Assembly: GCA_030698495.1 (NCBI GenBank)
Contig: JAUYKA010000017.1
Location: 1,319 to 65,318 of the forward strand
DNA length: 64,000 nt
Source of the DNA: a bacterium
GTDB lineage: Bacteria; Patescibacteriota; Andersenbacteria; UBA10190
Direction of reading: 5' to 3'
Shown here: positions 8,686 through 16,669 of the stretch, one piece after another
Numbering within the stretch: position 1 is the stretch's first letter
How the letters are laid out: every line of letters starts with the position of its first letter
The notes under the pieces: generated by a model
The model's database searches: none
Seen by the model: the letters and a program-made list of their open reading frames with translations, nothing else
Told to the model about the DNA's origin: nothing
Position numbers and translations under genes: made by a program

Positions 8686-9543
8686 CTACCTGTACACTCT
8701 CTGCATCGCCTGGCGCCGTCTCAACCTGTATAATGCCAAATTCTGCAACTGCCGCACTCTCTCCCGGCTAATACCGAAATAACGCCCGATCTCCTCCAGC
8801 GTCTGCGACTGATTATCTGCCAAACCAAATCTCATTTCCAAGATTTTCTTCTCTCGTTGTGGTAAAGTAGTCACCGCACTGCGCACTGCGCTTCTCACCA
8901 GCTCCCGTCTGGCTACCTGGTCCGGCTGCGGCGCCTCCACGTCTTCCAACAATTCTCTTAGCTGCGTCTCTTCATTATCATCGCCGCCGCGCACGGCATA
9001 ATCCAGCGACACCACTTCCGCCGAAACTTCCTCCAACCGCCGCGCTTCCTTCAAAGCAATTTTCATTTCGCTAGCCACTTCTTCAACAGAGGGTTCTCGG
9101 CCCAACAACTGATACAAACTTTGTCTTGTCCTCTGCATCGCCAATACCTGGTCCACCACGTTCTCCGGCAAACGCACAATCCGCCGCGATTTCAACGCTC
9201 GCAATATCGCCTGCTTAATCCAATACACTCCATAAGTGGAAAATCTCGTTTTTCTGTCCGGCTGAAAACGACTAACCGCTTTCATCAAACCGATATTACC
9301 TTCCTGAATTAAATCCATCAGCATCTCCGGATCGTTACTGGGAGCATATTTCTTGGCAATACTCACCACCAAGCGCAAATTAGCCTTCATCATTCGCTGA
9401 CGCGCGTCTTCATCATGATTCTTTTGAATTTTCCTCGCTAATGCCTGCTCTTCTTCAGCGGTCAATAGCGCCGTCTCTCCCACCTCTCCTAAATACTGCG
9501 ACAAAATTGTGCCTCTTTTTTTCTTCTGTATTTTTACAGCCAT
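8686..9543 (-). CDS. Sigma70-family sigma factor (RpoD/RpoS-like, no region 1.1)
   Basis: Region 1.2 YLGEVGETALLTAEEE; ANLRLVVSIAKKY; DLIQEGNIGLMKAV; region 4 TLEEIG..ISRERVRQLQ. Confidence 0.92.
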   Translation of the reverse strand: MAVKIQKKKRGTILSQYLGEVGETALLTAEEEQALARKIQKNHDEDARQRMMKANLRLVVSIAKKYAPSNDPEMLMDLIQEGNIGLMKAVSRFQPDRKTRFSTYGVYWIKQAILRALKSRRIVRLPENVVDQVLAMQRTRQSLYQLLGREPSVEEVASEMKIALKEARRLEEVSAEVVSLDYAVRGGDDNEETQLRELLEDVEAPQPDQVARRELVRSAVRSAVTTLPQREKKILEMRFGLADNQSQTLEEIGRYFGISRERVRQLQNLALYRLRRRQAMQRVYR

Positions 9544-9772
9544 AACAAAAAATCTTAAAAATGAAAATCAAAAATTAATATATTTTTTATACGGCATTAA
9601 AATCCCTGCCTCTTTAAGCTACCTATTCCGTTATTTTTTAATGCCTTGGGGAAAACGTCCCCGGTCGTTTAGCCAAAAATTATTGTTGGCTTTCTCAATC
9701 AATAGTTCCTCAACACCAAAACTTAGTCAAGCTCATCTAAATAATATATGTCAGCGGATACTTACAAAGCCA

Positions 9773-10333
9773 TTAATTAACGCGCTCTACATAAACACCC
9801 TCGCGCGTATTAATTCTGATCATATCGCCTTCGCTTACAAACAACGGCGCCTTTACCCTTATATCACCCTCAACGACAACGTCCTTCATTACATTACTGG
9901 ACGTATCGCCACGCACGCCAGGCGGCGCTTCAATTACTTTCCTGTCCACTTTTATCGGCACCGTCACGCTCACCGGTACCCCCTCAAAAACGGTTACCTC
10001 GACATCCTGACCTTCTAATAAAAACTTTGCTTCGTGACCCACGGTTCCGCTATCAACCTCCAACTGTTCATATGAAGACTGATCCATAAAAACAAAAACA
10101 TCTCCTTGGCGATATAAAAACTGACACTGCTTGCGCTCCACATCCGCCTCCGGAACTTTATCCGACTGCTGAAAAGAATGCTCCCGCGTCACACCCGTCC
10201 TCAAATGCTTCAGAATAGTACGCACCACCGGACGGCGCTGCTGCTTACGCAAAAATTCGGACGACATCACCACATACGGTTCTCCATCTATAACCACTAT
10301 TTTCCCCTTTCTGATGTCAGTTATGCCTAACAT
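9773..10333 (-). CDS. efp: Elongation factor P
   Basis: DIRKGKIVVIDGEPY; QFLY..FVFMDQSSYEQ; PPGVRGDT; APLFVSEGDMIRINTREGVYVER. Confidence 0.93.
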   Translation of the reverse strand: MLGITDIRKGKIVVIDGEPYVVMSSEFLRKQQRRPVVRTILKHLRTGVTREHSFQQSDKVPEADVERKQCQFLYRQGDVFVFMDQSSYEQLEVDSGTVGHEAKFLLEGQDVEVTVFEGVPVSVTVPIKVDRKVIEAPPGVRGDTSSNVMKDVVVEGDIRVKAPLFVSEGDMIRINTREGVYVERVN

Positions 10334-10371
10334 AAAACCCAGTATATCCGCATATAAACAATAACAGCAAA

Positions 10372-10662
10372 TTATTCAACGGTCGCAAAAATACTCTTCG
10401 GATTACGCGGCAACTCCTGTGTCGGAAATGCCGGCACTTGCGCCTCAATATCCGAACGCGCACCCGCTACTCCCGGCACCGGCGATACCGATGGCTGGGG
10501 ACTCACAACCAAAAGCCTTTGCGCCGTTTCAACTGCCAAACTTCGCAAACCCTTCACCAAATCGAAATCCATTAAGGCTATCCCGGTCACTACCGCCGAT
10601 ATCAAAAAAAGGATTACCAACAAACCTCTGCTTGTCCGCCACTCGATCATATTTATATCCAA
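10372..10662 (-). CDS. Hypothetical membrane-anchored protein
   Basis: Single TM followed by a Pro-rich tail; start codon uncertain. Confidence 0.55.
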   Translation of the reverse strand: MDINMIEWRTSRGLLVILFLISAVVTGIALMDFDLVKGLRSLAVETAQRLLVVSPQPSVSPVPGVAGARSDIEAQVPAFPTQELPRNPKSIFATVE

Positions 10663-10740
10663 ACAATGAATTAACCATTACCTATACCATTAACTACAAT
10701 ATACGTCAAATGAAATTAAGAACATAACATTAAATCCCGC

Positions 10741-10769
10741 TGGCTAAAATAAATCTATGAGTGTATAAT
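10741..10769 (+). promoter_or_regulatory. Sigma70 promoter for the small acidic ORF
   Basis: TGGCTA-17 nt-TATAAT. Confidence 0.6.
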
Positions 10770-10818
10770 TTATAAAACGATTAGCTTATACACCACTATC
10801 TTCAAGGAGGTGATTTCC

Positions 10819-10971
10819 GTGAACGACGACACCATGAACCCAACCGAAGAGCCAATGACACCGGAAACTCCAATGGCTCCGGAAACACCTGCTGAAGCCA
10901 TGCCAGAAGCTCCGGCAGAACCCATGACACCGGAAACTCCGGACGAAGAAGGAGAAACCCCGACTGCGTAA
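10819..10971 (+). CDS. Small acidic Pro/Glu/Thr/Met-rich protein (50 aa; absent from the ORF track)
   Basis: AAGGAGGTGA RBS then GTG; MNDDTMNPTEEPMTPETPMAPETPAEAMPEAPAEPMTPETPDEEGETPTA; promoter upstream and terminator downstream. Confidence 0.75.
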   Translation: MNDDTMNPTEEPMTPETPMAPETPAEAMPEAPAEPMTPETPDEEGETPTA

Positions 10972-10986
10972 TTGATTCTTCTGTAG

Positions 10987-11022
10987 AAAAAAATTACCCC
11001 GCATAATGCGGGGTAATTTTTT
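10987..11022 (+). terminator. Intrinsic terminator
   Basis: aaaaaattaccccgcat-a-atgcggggtaatttttt. Confidence 0.8.
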
Positions 11023-11086
11023 ATCCGCCTCCTCTCCTCCCCCAACATTAACGGTGTAGAAACATTTATACACACAATCACCGCGA

Positions 11087-11254
11087 CTGCGAGCACGGTA
11101 TCTGCTCTTGCCGGCCGTCTGAAAGACTGCCGGCATGGTCCCCGCCTATTTTTTGCGAAGCAAAAATATTGGCGGGGCGGCAGGCTTTCAGTCGACGCCG
11201 CCCGCCCGCTGGGGCGGGCAAGTGTGCCGCCAAGAGCAGATACCGTGCTCGCAG
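11087..11254 (+). ncRNA. Three-way-junction structured repeat, copy 4
   Basis: P1 ctgcgagcacggtatctgctcttg/caagagcagataccgtgctcgcag (perfect 24 bp); P2 ctgaaag..ctttcag; P3 gcccgccc GCTG gggcgggc. Confidence 0.65.
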
Positions 11255-11320
11255 GATCAAAACTAAAAAGTAGATTCAATTGCCGCAAAGTGAATACTAA
11301 AAGTATCAACTTTTACCCAC

Positions 11321-12043
11321 CTACAAAACTAACCGATACTCATTCCTATTAAGCCACCTCTTATGCTCCTTCCAATCAGGATCAGCCTCTGCCACCAACT
11401 GCCAAAAAGCAGGGGAATGGTTGTGCTGACATAAATGCATTACCTCATGAACGGCCACGTATCTCGCTACCTCGACCGGAGCCAGCATCAGCCGCCAATT
11501 AAAAGAAAGCTGCCCCTTATCTCCGCAACTGCCCCATTGCGTCCGTTGTTCACCAATGGCCACTTTCTTTATAACTACCCCGCCATGACGCGCCAAATCT
11601 TGCGTTAAGTCGGTAAAATATTCTCTCGCTCGCTGGCGATACCACCTTACCAGCGCCGTCCGTACATCTTCCTGGCCGGAAACAAACACTACTAACTCAT
11701 TACCTTCACGTCGTACAAAATTACGCTTCCTCCCCGATTCGATGTTAACTTGCAAAACCAGCTCTTCTCCTAACAGCGGCAGGCTCTCACCGGCGCCAAA
11801 GCTGCGCCGTGGCACACTCGCCCTTAGACGCTCATGACGAACTACCCGCTTCTCCAGCCAAGACTTCATCTCCCAAACAAACTTATCCGCCGCGTTCACA
11901 CTACCCCGCCAGGGCATCACCACTTCAATACCGCGCCAAACATCAATGTGAATCGCGATCCGCCGCGCCTTGCGACTGCGCCGTATTGTATAAACATACC
12001 TCTGCCCACCAAGCATTACGGTTCTGACGGTAGTTCCATTCAT
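11321..12043 (-). CDS. YgjP/DUF45-like zinc metalloprotease
   Basis: QRTQWGSC, FNWRL, YVAVHEVMHL..NHSPAFW. Confidence 0.9.
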   Translation of the reverse strand: MNGTTVRTVMLGGQRYVYTIRRSRKARRIAIHIDVWRGIEVVMPWRGSVNAADKFVWEMKSWLEKRVVRHERLRASVPRRSFGAGESLPLLGEELVLQVNIESGRKRNFVRREGNELVVFVSGQEDVRTALVRWYRQRAREYFTDLTQDLARHGGVVIKKVAIGEQRTQWGSCGDKGQLSFNWRLMLAPVEVARYVAVHEVMHLCQHNHSPAFWQLVAEADPDWKEHKRWLNRNEYRLVL

Positions 12044-12054
12044 TGTTTTATAAT

Positions 12055-12113
12055 AATTGAAAATTGATTCATTGGATCTTCAATGGAAATTGTAAATTGC
12101 AAATTGGAAATTC
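12055..12113. repeat. TGAAAAT heptamer-array element
   Basis: ttgaaaattgattcattggatcttcaatggaaattgtaaattgcaaattggaaatt; homologous to 15540-15596 and 18617-18673. Confidence 0.7.
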
Positions 12114-12222
12114 TTAAAAAAACCAACACCTTAATCAGCTCATGTCATACGACGATGCTTAGGCTTGCCACCAAACACTGACTTGATATAGTAATGCTTA
12201 TTATCTTCTAAAGCCACATGTA

Positions 12223-12546
12223 ATGTACAAATTTTGGCACAAGCAAAAACAAGAACCGGCTCAATCCGATCTCCAATGGGACACCCAAGCCCAACAAGCC
12301 GTCGATCAAGCTCTGGCGCAAGCACCGGTGCCCGCCATGCTTAAAGGACAAGTTAAAAAAGAATTGACCAAAGCAGCCGAAGCCGCCGCCCGCGCCGCCG
12401 GACACGAACAAGTCACTGCCGAAGACGTTATGGCTGGCCTGCTATCCAAAATGCCGGCCAAAACCAGGCAGAAAGTAGAGGACGCCATGAAAGGCGGACC
12501 CGAGAAACTGCGCCATCTGCAGGACGAACTAAACCATCAGAAATAG
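12223..12546 (+). CDS. Hypothetical protein with a PCP_red-like helical domain
   Basis: LQWDTQAQQAV..PVPAMLKGQVKKELTKAAEAAARAAGHEQVTAEDV resembles the BchB C-terminal PCP_red pattern. Confidence 0.6.
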   Translation: MYKFWHKQKQEPAQSDLQWDTQAQQAVDQALAQAPVPAMLKGQVKKELTKAAEAAARAAGHEQVTAEDVMAGLLSKMPAKTRQKVEDAMKGGPEKLRHLQDELNHQK

Positions 12547-12812
12547 TCCCCCACTGCCCGCGGATAATCAGGAAAATAATTCTCCACATCTTTTAAACGA
12601 AACCGATCCATAATCATCTCCGGATCTTCGCGATCAAGTAAGAACTTCAAGGTCGCCTTAACAATTTCCTCCGGCTCCATGTCGGACGCATATTTGTCGT
12701 ACTCTTGCGCCGTCATCGTTACTGTATATTCTCCCAACACTGTGTCTTCTTCCAATAAAGTCACCTCAAATTCCCACGGATCTTCGCTAGTTGTCTCAAT
12801 CTGAAATTCCAT
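12537..12812 (-). CDS. Conserved hypothetical acidic protein
   Basis: FLLDRE..I...F.L..V..YFPDY pattern. Confidence 0.7.
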   Translation of the reverse strand: MEFQIETTSEDPWEFEVTLLEEDTVLGEYTVTMTAQEYDKYASDMEPEEIVKATLKFLLDREDPEMIMDRFRLKDVENYFPDYPRAVGDYF

Positions 12813-12889
12813 TGCGCGTTAAGTAAAATAACAATGAAACAATAAATGTCTATACCAATGACTATAAGCAATTTCCAACTTCTGCCAAC

Positions 12890-13771
12890 CTATTTATTCA
12901 CACCCCGCTCTTTCTCTATTTCCTCATAAATCTTCTCCGCCCTCACAAAATCCTTCGGCTCATCCAAATCCGTACTCGTGCGCGGATCCAGCACATACCC
13001 GTGCAAGTTATCCCCCCAGATATTTTCCCGCTCCAGCGCCTCCGGACGCAGCACAAACTTTCTTCTGGTAATATCCACCTGTCCGTCCTGCCAAAATACC
13101 GGGAACATTTCCTGTATTTTTTGTCGCGGTTGATCCGGCCCGTGCTGTTGCCGGAAGTCATTATCAAAAACCGGATTTAGTTTCCCCGAAAACCCAACTG
13201 GAATAGATATAGTGTCAGCGTCGTCCCTTGCTACTTGCTGCCCTTGTCCCCCATAGCCCTTTGGGCGACGGGGGATGCTGCCTGCTACTTGAAAAAGCCA
13301 CATTTTATAAGGATGCATCGGCGCCGGTATCACACTTTTCACTCCGTCCGCTCCCGAGCTTTTAATGTATTCAATCATCTTGTCTATATCGGCCGCGAAC
13401 CGTAGGGGACTGGTCGGCCGTAAATTCACCAGATACTCCGGCTGCCAACCAAATTCTTTTTCCATCCACTCCACCGCGTGCCGATACCAACCCGCGTCAC
13501 CGCTCTCCGGCCGCGAAAACTCCGCCGGCCTTGGCGCTACCGCCACCCCCAGTTTTTTGGCCTCATCCGCGATGCGCTCATCCTCCGTGGACACCACCAC
13601 CGCGTCAATCTTCTCCGCCGCCAGTGCCACCTCCACCGCCCAAGCCAATAAAGTTTTCCCACCCAGCTTTTGCAAATTCTTATATTCCACGCTCTGCTGA
13701 CCCCCGCGAGCGGGAATTAAAGCTACTACTTCCACTAACTCCCTCTTTGGATTTTTTATTTCTCCCGTCAT
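12890..13771 (-). CDS. Acylneuraminate (nonulosonate) cytidylyltransferase, NeuA-like
   Basis: ALIPARGG..KNL; VVVSTED; LRPTSPLR; DLDEPKDF. Start placed at MTGEIK. Confidence 0.88.
   Translation of the reverse strand: MTGEIKNPKRELVEVVALIPARGGQQSVEYKNLQKLGGKTLLAWAVEVALAAEKIDAVVVSTEDERIADEAKKLGVAVAPRPAEFSRPESGDAGWYRHAVEWMEKEFGWQPEYLVNLRPTSPLRFAADIDKMIEYIKSSGADGVKSVIPAPMHPYKMWLFQVAGSIPRRPKGYGGQGQQVARDDADTISIPVGFSGKLNPVFDNDFRQQHGPDQPRQKIQEMFPVFWQDGQVDITRRKFVLRPEALERENIWGDNLHGYVLDPRTSTDLDEPKDFVRAEKIYEEIEKERGVNK
13226..13291. repeat. In-frame repeat insertion in the NeuA-like gene
   Basis: Hairpin tgtcccccatagccctttgggcgacggggga (family of 22073 and 56900) embedded in gctactt/gctgcc heptamers; encodes QVAGSIPRRPKGYGGQGQQVAR. 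Confidence 0.7.
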
Positions 13772-13864
13772 AAATCTTGTGTAGCACGCCCGAACCAAAA
13801 AACCAAGCGCTCCAAAACACATCAACATTGCCAAGGCACTTAAACAAACTTAATGTAATAGCAA

Positions 13865-14335
13865 ATGCTGCTAAGCCAACTAGACAATAAAACCAACTTA
13901 ACAATACTAACCCATCCCGTCTGGCAAGAAGTTTTTGCTTGGCTTCAAAACATGCCGTCTAATCTGCCCGAGGGCGAACATCTCATTAAAGGCCGCGACA
14001 TTTACGCCAGCAGACAAAATGTTGCCACCCAACCACGCCGGCTATGCGCCTTTGAATCCCACAAACAATATATCGATCTGCACTTATGCCTCGGCGGCGG
14101 CGAAATTATCGAATACGCACCAGCCAGCCAATTAAAACCCCGCGGTGAATACGACGAAGCCAAAGACTTTTTCTTCTATCACCCCATCGATCAAGCTACC
14201 ACTTGTCTCCTGCAACCCGGCACCTTCGCCATCTTCTGGCCCCAAGATGCCCACATGCCCAAAATCACCGACGGTCAAAACAAAGAAACAGAAAAAGTTG
14301 TAGTAAAAATCAAGGCTAGCCTCATCAAGCCCTAA
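13865..14335 (+). CDS. YhcH/YjgK/YiaL family protein
   Basis: FESHKQYIDLH..GGEII; FAIFWPQDAHMP; KVVVKI. Confidence 0.9.
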   Translation: MLLSQLDNKTNLTILTHPVWQEVFAWLQNMPSNLPEGEHLIKGRDIYASRQNVATQPRRLCAFESHKQYIDLHLCLGGGEIIEYAPASQLKPRGEYDEAKDFFFYHPIDQATTCLLQPGTFAIFWPQDAHMPKITDGQNKETEKVVVKIKASLIKP

Positions 14336-15461
14336 CCGCCCCCGCCACCGCCGGTACCACTCGCTTATCAAACGGATCGGGAATAATTTTCTCCGCCGTC
14401 GGTTTTTCCACAACACCAGCCAGCGCTTGCGCCGCCACCAACTGCATCTCATCCGTGATATCCGTAACGCCCGCCTCAAATGCTCCTTTAAATATTCCCG
14501 GAAATGCCAGCACGTTATTCAGCTGATTAGGATAATCCGATCGGCCTGTGGCTATTACTGATGCGCCGCCTTCCTTGGCCTCCTCCGGCATCACTTCCGC
14601 TATCGGATTAGCCATGGCAAAAACTATCGCGTCCTTGTTCATCGTTTTAATATCCTTCACACCCAGCAAACCCGGCGCCGACACGCCGATAAAAACATCC
14701 GCGCCGCGTAGTGCGTCCTGCAGAGTACCGCTGACATTTTCCTTATTGGTAAACTCCAGCAACCCCCGTTTGTACTCGTTTATATCCTCCCGCTCGCCGC
14801 CGATAATTCCCTTACTATCGCAAACTGTCATATTGGCCGCGCCCCAATCTCGCAATAAATTGGTAATGGCAATTCCCGCCGCGCCCGCGCCGCTCAACAC
14901 TATCTTCACCTCTTCTTTTCTCTTGTCAACAACTTTAAGCGCGTTTATCAACCCCGCCAGCACCACAATCGCCGTACCGTGCTGATCATCATGAAAAACC
15001 GGAATCGGCAATTCTTTTTTCAATCTTTCCTCAATTTCAAAACACCGGGGAGCGGAAATATCCTCTAAATTAATCCCGCCAAACGTCAGCGCAATATTCT
15101 TGACCGTATTTATGAATTCATCCACATCCTGCGTGCCAACCACAATCGGAAACGCATCAATACCGGCAAACGTCTTAAACAAAACCGCCTTGCCTTCCAT
15201 TACCGGCAAAGCCGCCTCCGGCCCGATATCACCCAGCCCCAGCACCGCCGACCCATCCGTTATCACCGCCACCATATTCTTCGTCGCCGTCAGCTCTCGC
15301 GCCAGCGCGTGATCGGCCGCAATCGCCCGGCTCGCCTCGGCCACTCCGGGGGTGTATGCCACCGACAACTCCTCCCGGTTAGTCACCGGCAATTTACTTA
15401 TAACCTCGATTTTTCCCCTCTTATCCCGATGAACTTTTAAGCTTTTCTGGTAATAATCCAT
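14325..15461 (-). CDS. NAD(P)-dependent malic enzyme
   Basis: AYTPGVAE, VMEGKAVLFK, INLEDISAPRCF, FHDDQHGT, GAGAAG, ATGRSDYPNQ. Confidence 0.95.
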   Translation of the reverse strand: MDYYQKSLKVHRDKRGKIEVISKLPVTNREELSVAYTPGVAEASRAIAADHALARELTATKNMVAVITDGSAVLGLGDIGPEAALPVMEGKAVLFKTFAGIDAFPIVVGTQDVDEFINTVKNIALTFGGINLEDISAPRCFEIEERLKKELPIPVFHDDQHGTAIVVLAGLINALKVVDKRKEEVKIVLSGAGAAGIAITNLLRDWGAANMTVCDSKGIIGGEREDINEYKRGLLEFTNKENVSGTLQDALRGADVFIGVSAPGLLGVKDIKTMNKDAIVFAMANPIAEVMPEEAKEGGASVIATGRSDYPNQLNNVLAFPGIFKGAFEAGVTDITDEMQLVAAQALAGVVEKPTAEKIIPDPFDKRVVPAVAGAVRA

Positions 15462-15539
15462 GCGCTGATTGTAACAGAATTTAATTGATTAGCCAGATTT
15501 CTTTATGTCAAAAATTGTCGCGGCAGAAACGGTTTAGAG

Positions 15540-15596
15540 TTTGAAAATTGGGTCATTGTGATTTCAATGGAAATTGAAAATTGAGCATTGAAAATT
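15540..15596. repeat. TGAAAAT heptamer-array element
   Basis: tttgaaaattgggtcattgtgatttcaatggaaattgaaaattgagcattgaaaatt. Confidence 0.7.
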
Positions 15597-15633
15597 ACTA
15601 GAGAGGTTGTGCTATAGTATCCTCATAAATTAT

Positions 15634-16563
15634 ATGACATACAACTTTTTAGGAAACACCAATCTCAAAGTCTCCCAAATCGGCCTCGGCACCGTCGAAA
15701 TCGGCCTGCCTTATGATATTACAGACAAAAAACTGCCTACCGATAAAGAAGCCGACTACATTCTTAAATCAGCTGTTGAGCTTGGCATTACTTACGTCGA
15801 CACTGCCCGCGGCTACGGGTTGGCCGAAGAACGCATCGGCAAATCCGGCATCGGCAAAAACCCCGATATTGTCATCGGCACCAAATGCGCCCAGTTTCTG
15901 GAAAAAGGGGATGACCCCCGCGGCCAAGAGCTGGAACAGCTTATTCGCCAGGACATAGCCACCAGCTTGAAACTTCTCCAACAAGATTCTCTGCAACTGA
16001 TTCAATTGCACGGCGGCACCAAAGCCCAAATCGAACGCGGCGAACTAATTGCCATCATGCAAAAAATAAAAGGCGAGGGTACAGTTCAACACGTCGGTAT
16101 CGCCGTCCGCGGCGAAGAAGCGGCACTCGCCGCCATCAATTCCGGATCCTTCGAAACAATCCAACTTGCCCACAGTGTTTTAGACCAACGCCTGGTAACC
16201 AAAGTATTACCGCTCGCTCTCCAAAAAAATATCGGCATTATTAACCGTTCCGTACTACTGAAAGGCGTGCTGACCTCTAAACGCAACGCCCTGCCCGATT
16301 CTCTCGCTCCTTTAAAACAAAACGCCGACCAAGCCGCCGCCATAGCCGCCCGACTTGGTACACCCCTGCCTGACCTCGCCGTAAAATTTGTCCTCGCCAA
16401 CCCAGCCGTCTCCACCGCCCTTATAGGAACCATAAAACAGGAACATATAAAAAACGCCATCAAGGCCTCTACTACAACCCTGTCGCCGGAAATATTATCA
16501 GAACTACAAACCCTGGCCATAAGCAACCCCAACCAAGTCGACCCTTCCCATTGGAACCAATAA
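15634..16563 (+). CDS. Aldo/keto reductase
   Basis: LGNTNLKVSQIGLGT; YVDTARGYGLAEERIG; IGTK; LIQLH. Confidence 0.9.
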   Translation: MTYNFLGNTNLKVSQIGLGTVEIGLPYDITDKKLPTDKEADYILKSAVELGITYVDTARGYGLAEERIGKSGIGKNPDIVIGTKCAQFLEKGDDPRGQELEQLIRQDIATSLKLLQQDSLQLIQLHGGTKAQIERGELIAIMQKIKGEGTVQHVGIAVRGEEAALAAINSGSFETIQLAHSVLDQRLVTKVLPLALQKNIGIINRSVLLKGVLTSKRNALPDSLAPLKQNADQAAAIAARLGTPLPDLAVKFVLANPAVSTALIGTIKQEHIKNAIKASTTTLSPEILSELQTLAISNPNQVDPSHWNQ

Positions 16564-16668
16564 ACGTAAAAGTCAAAACGAAAAACGCAAAACTGCAACT
16601 CAAAAAACAAAAGATCTTTTTAGTTTTTAGTTGTTCCTTTTAATTTTTCGCTTTGCGTTTTAAGCTTT
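16562..16668. repeat. Inverted AAAACGC/AAAACGA heptamer array
   Basis: A-rich arm (aaaacgaaaaacgcaaaac) followed by a T-rich complementary arm (tttttcgctttgcgttttaagct); sister element at 19536-19658. Confidence 0.65.
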
Positions 16669-16669
16669 C

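Noticed and set aside
11129-11146. GCCGGCATGGTCCC matches the 5' end of the HDV genomic ribozyme (also partly at 8513)
   Set aside because: The downstream HDV elements (P3/L3 CUCCUCGC, P1 3' strand, nested pseudoknot) are absent. These bases form P2a/bulge/P2b of the repeat, and copies 1 and 2 differ here.
493-11254. Integron attC or CRISPR interpretation of the four repeats
   Set aside because: No RYYYAAC/GTTRRRY ends and no integrase; the neighbours are housekeeping genes; spacing is irregular; no cas genes.
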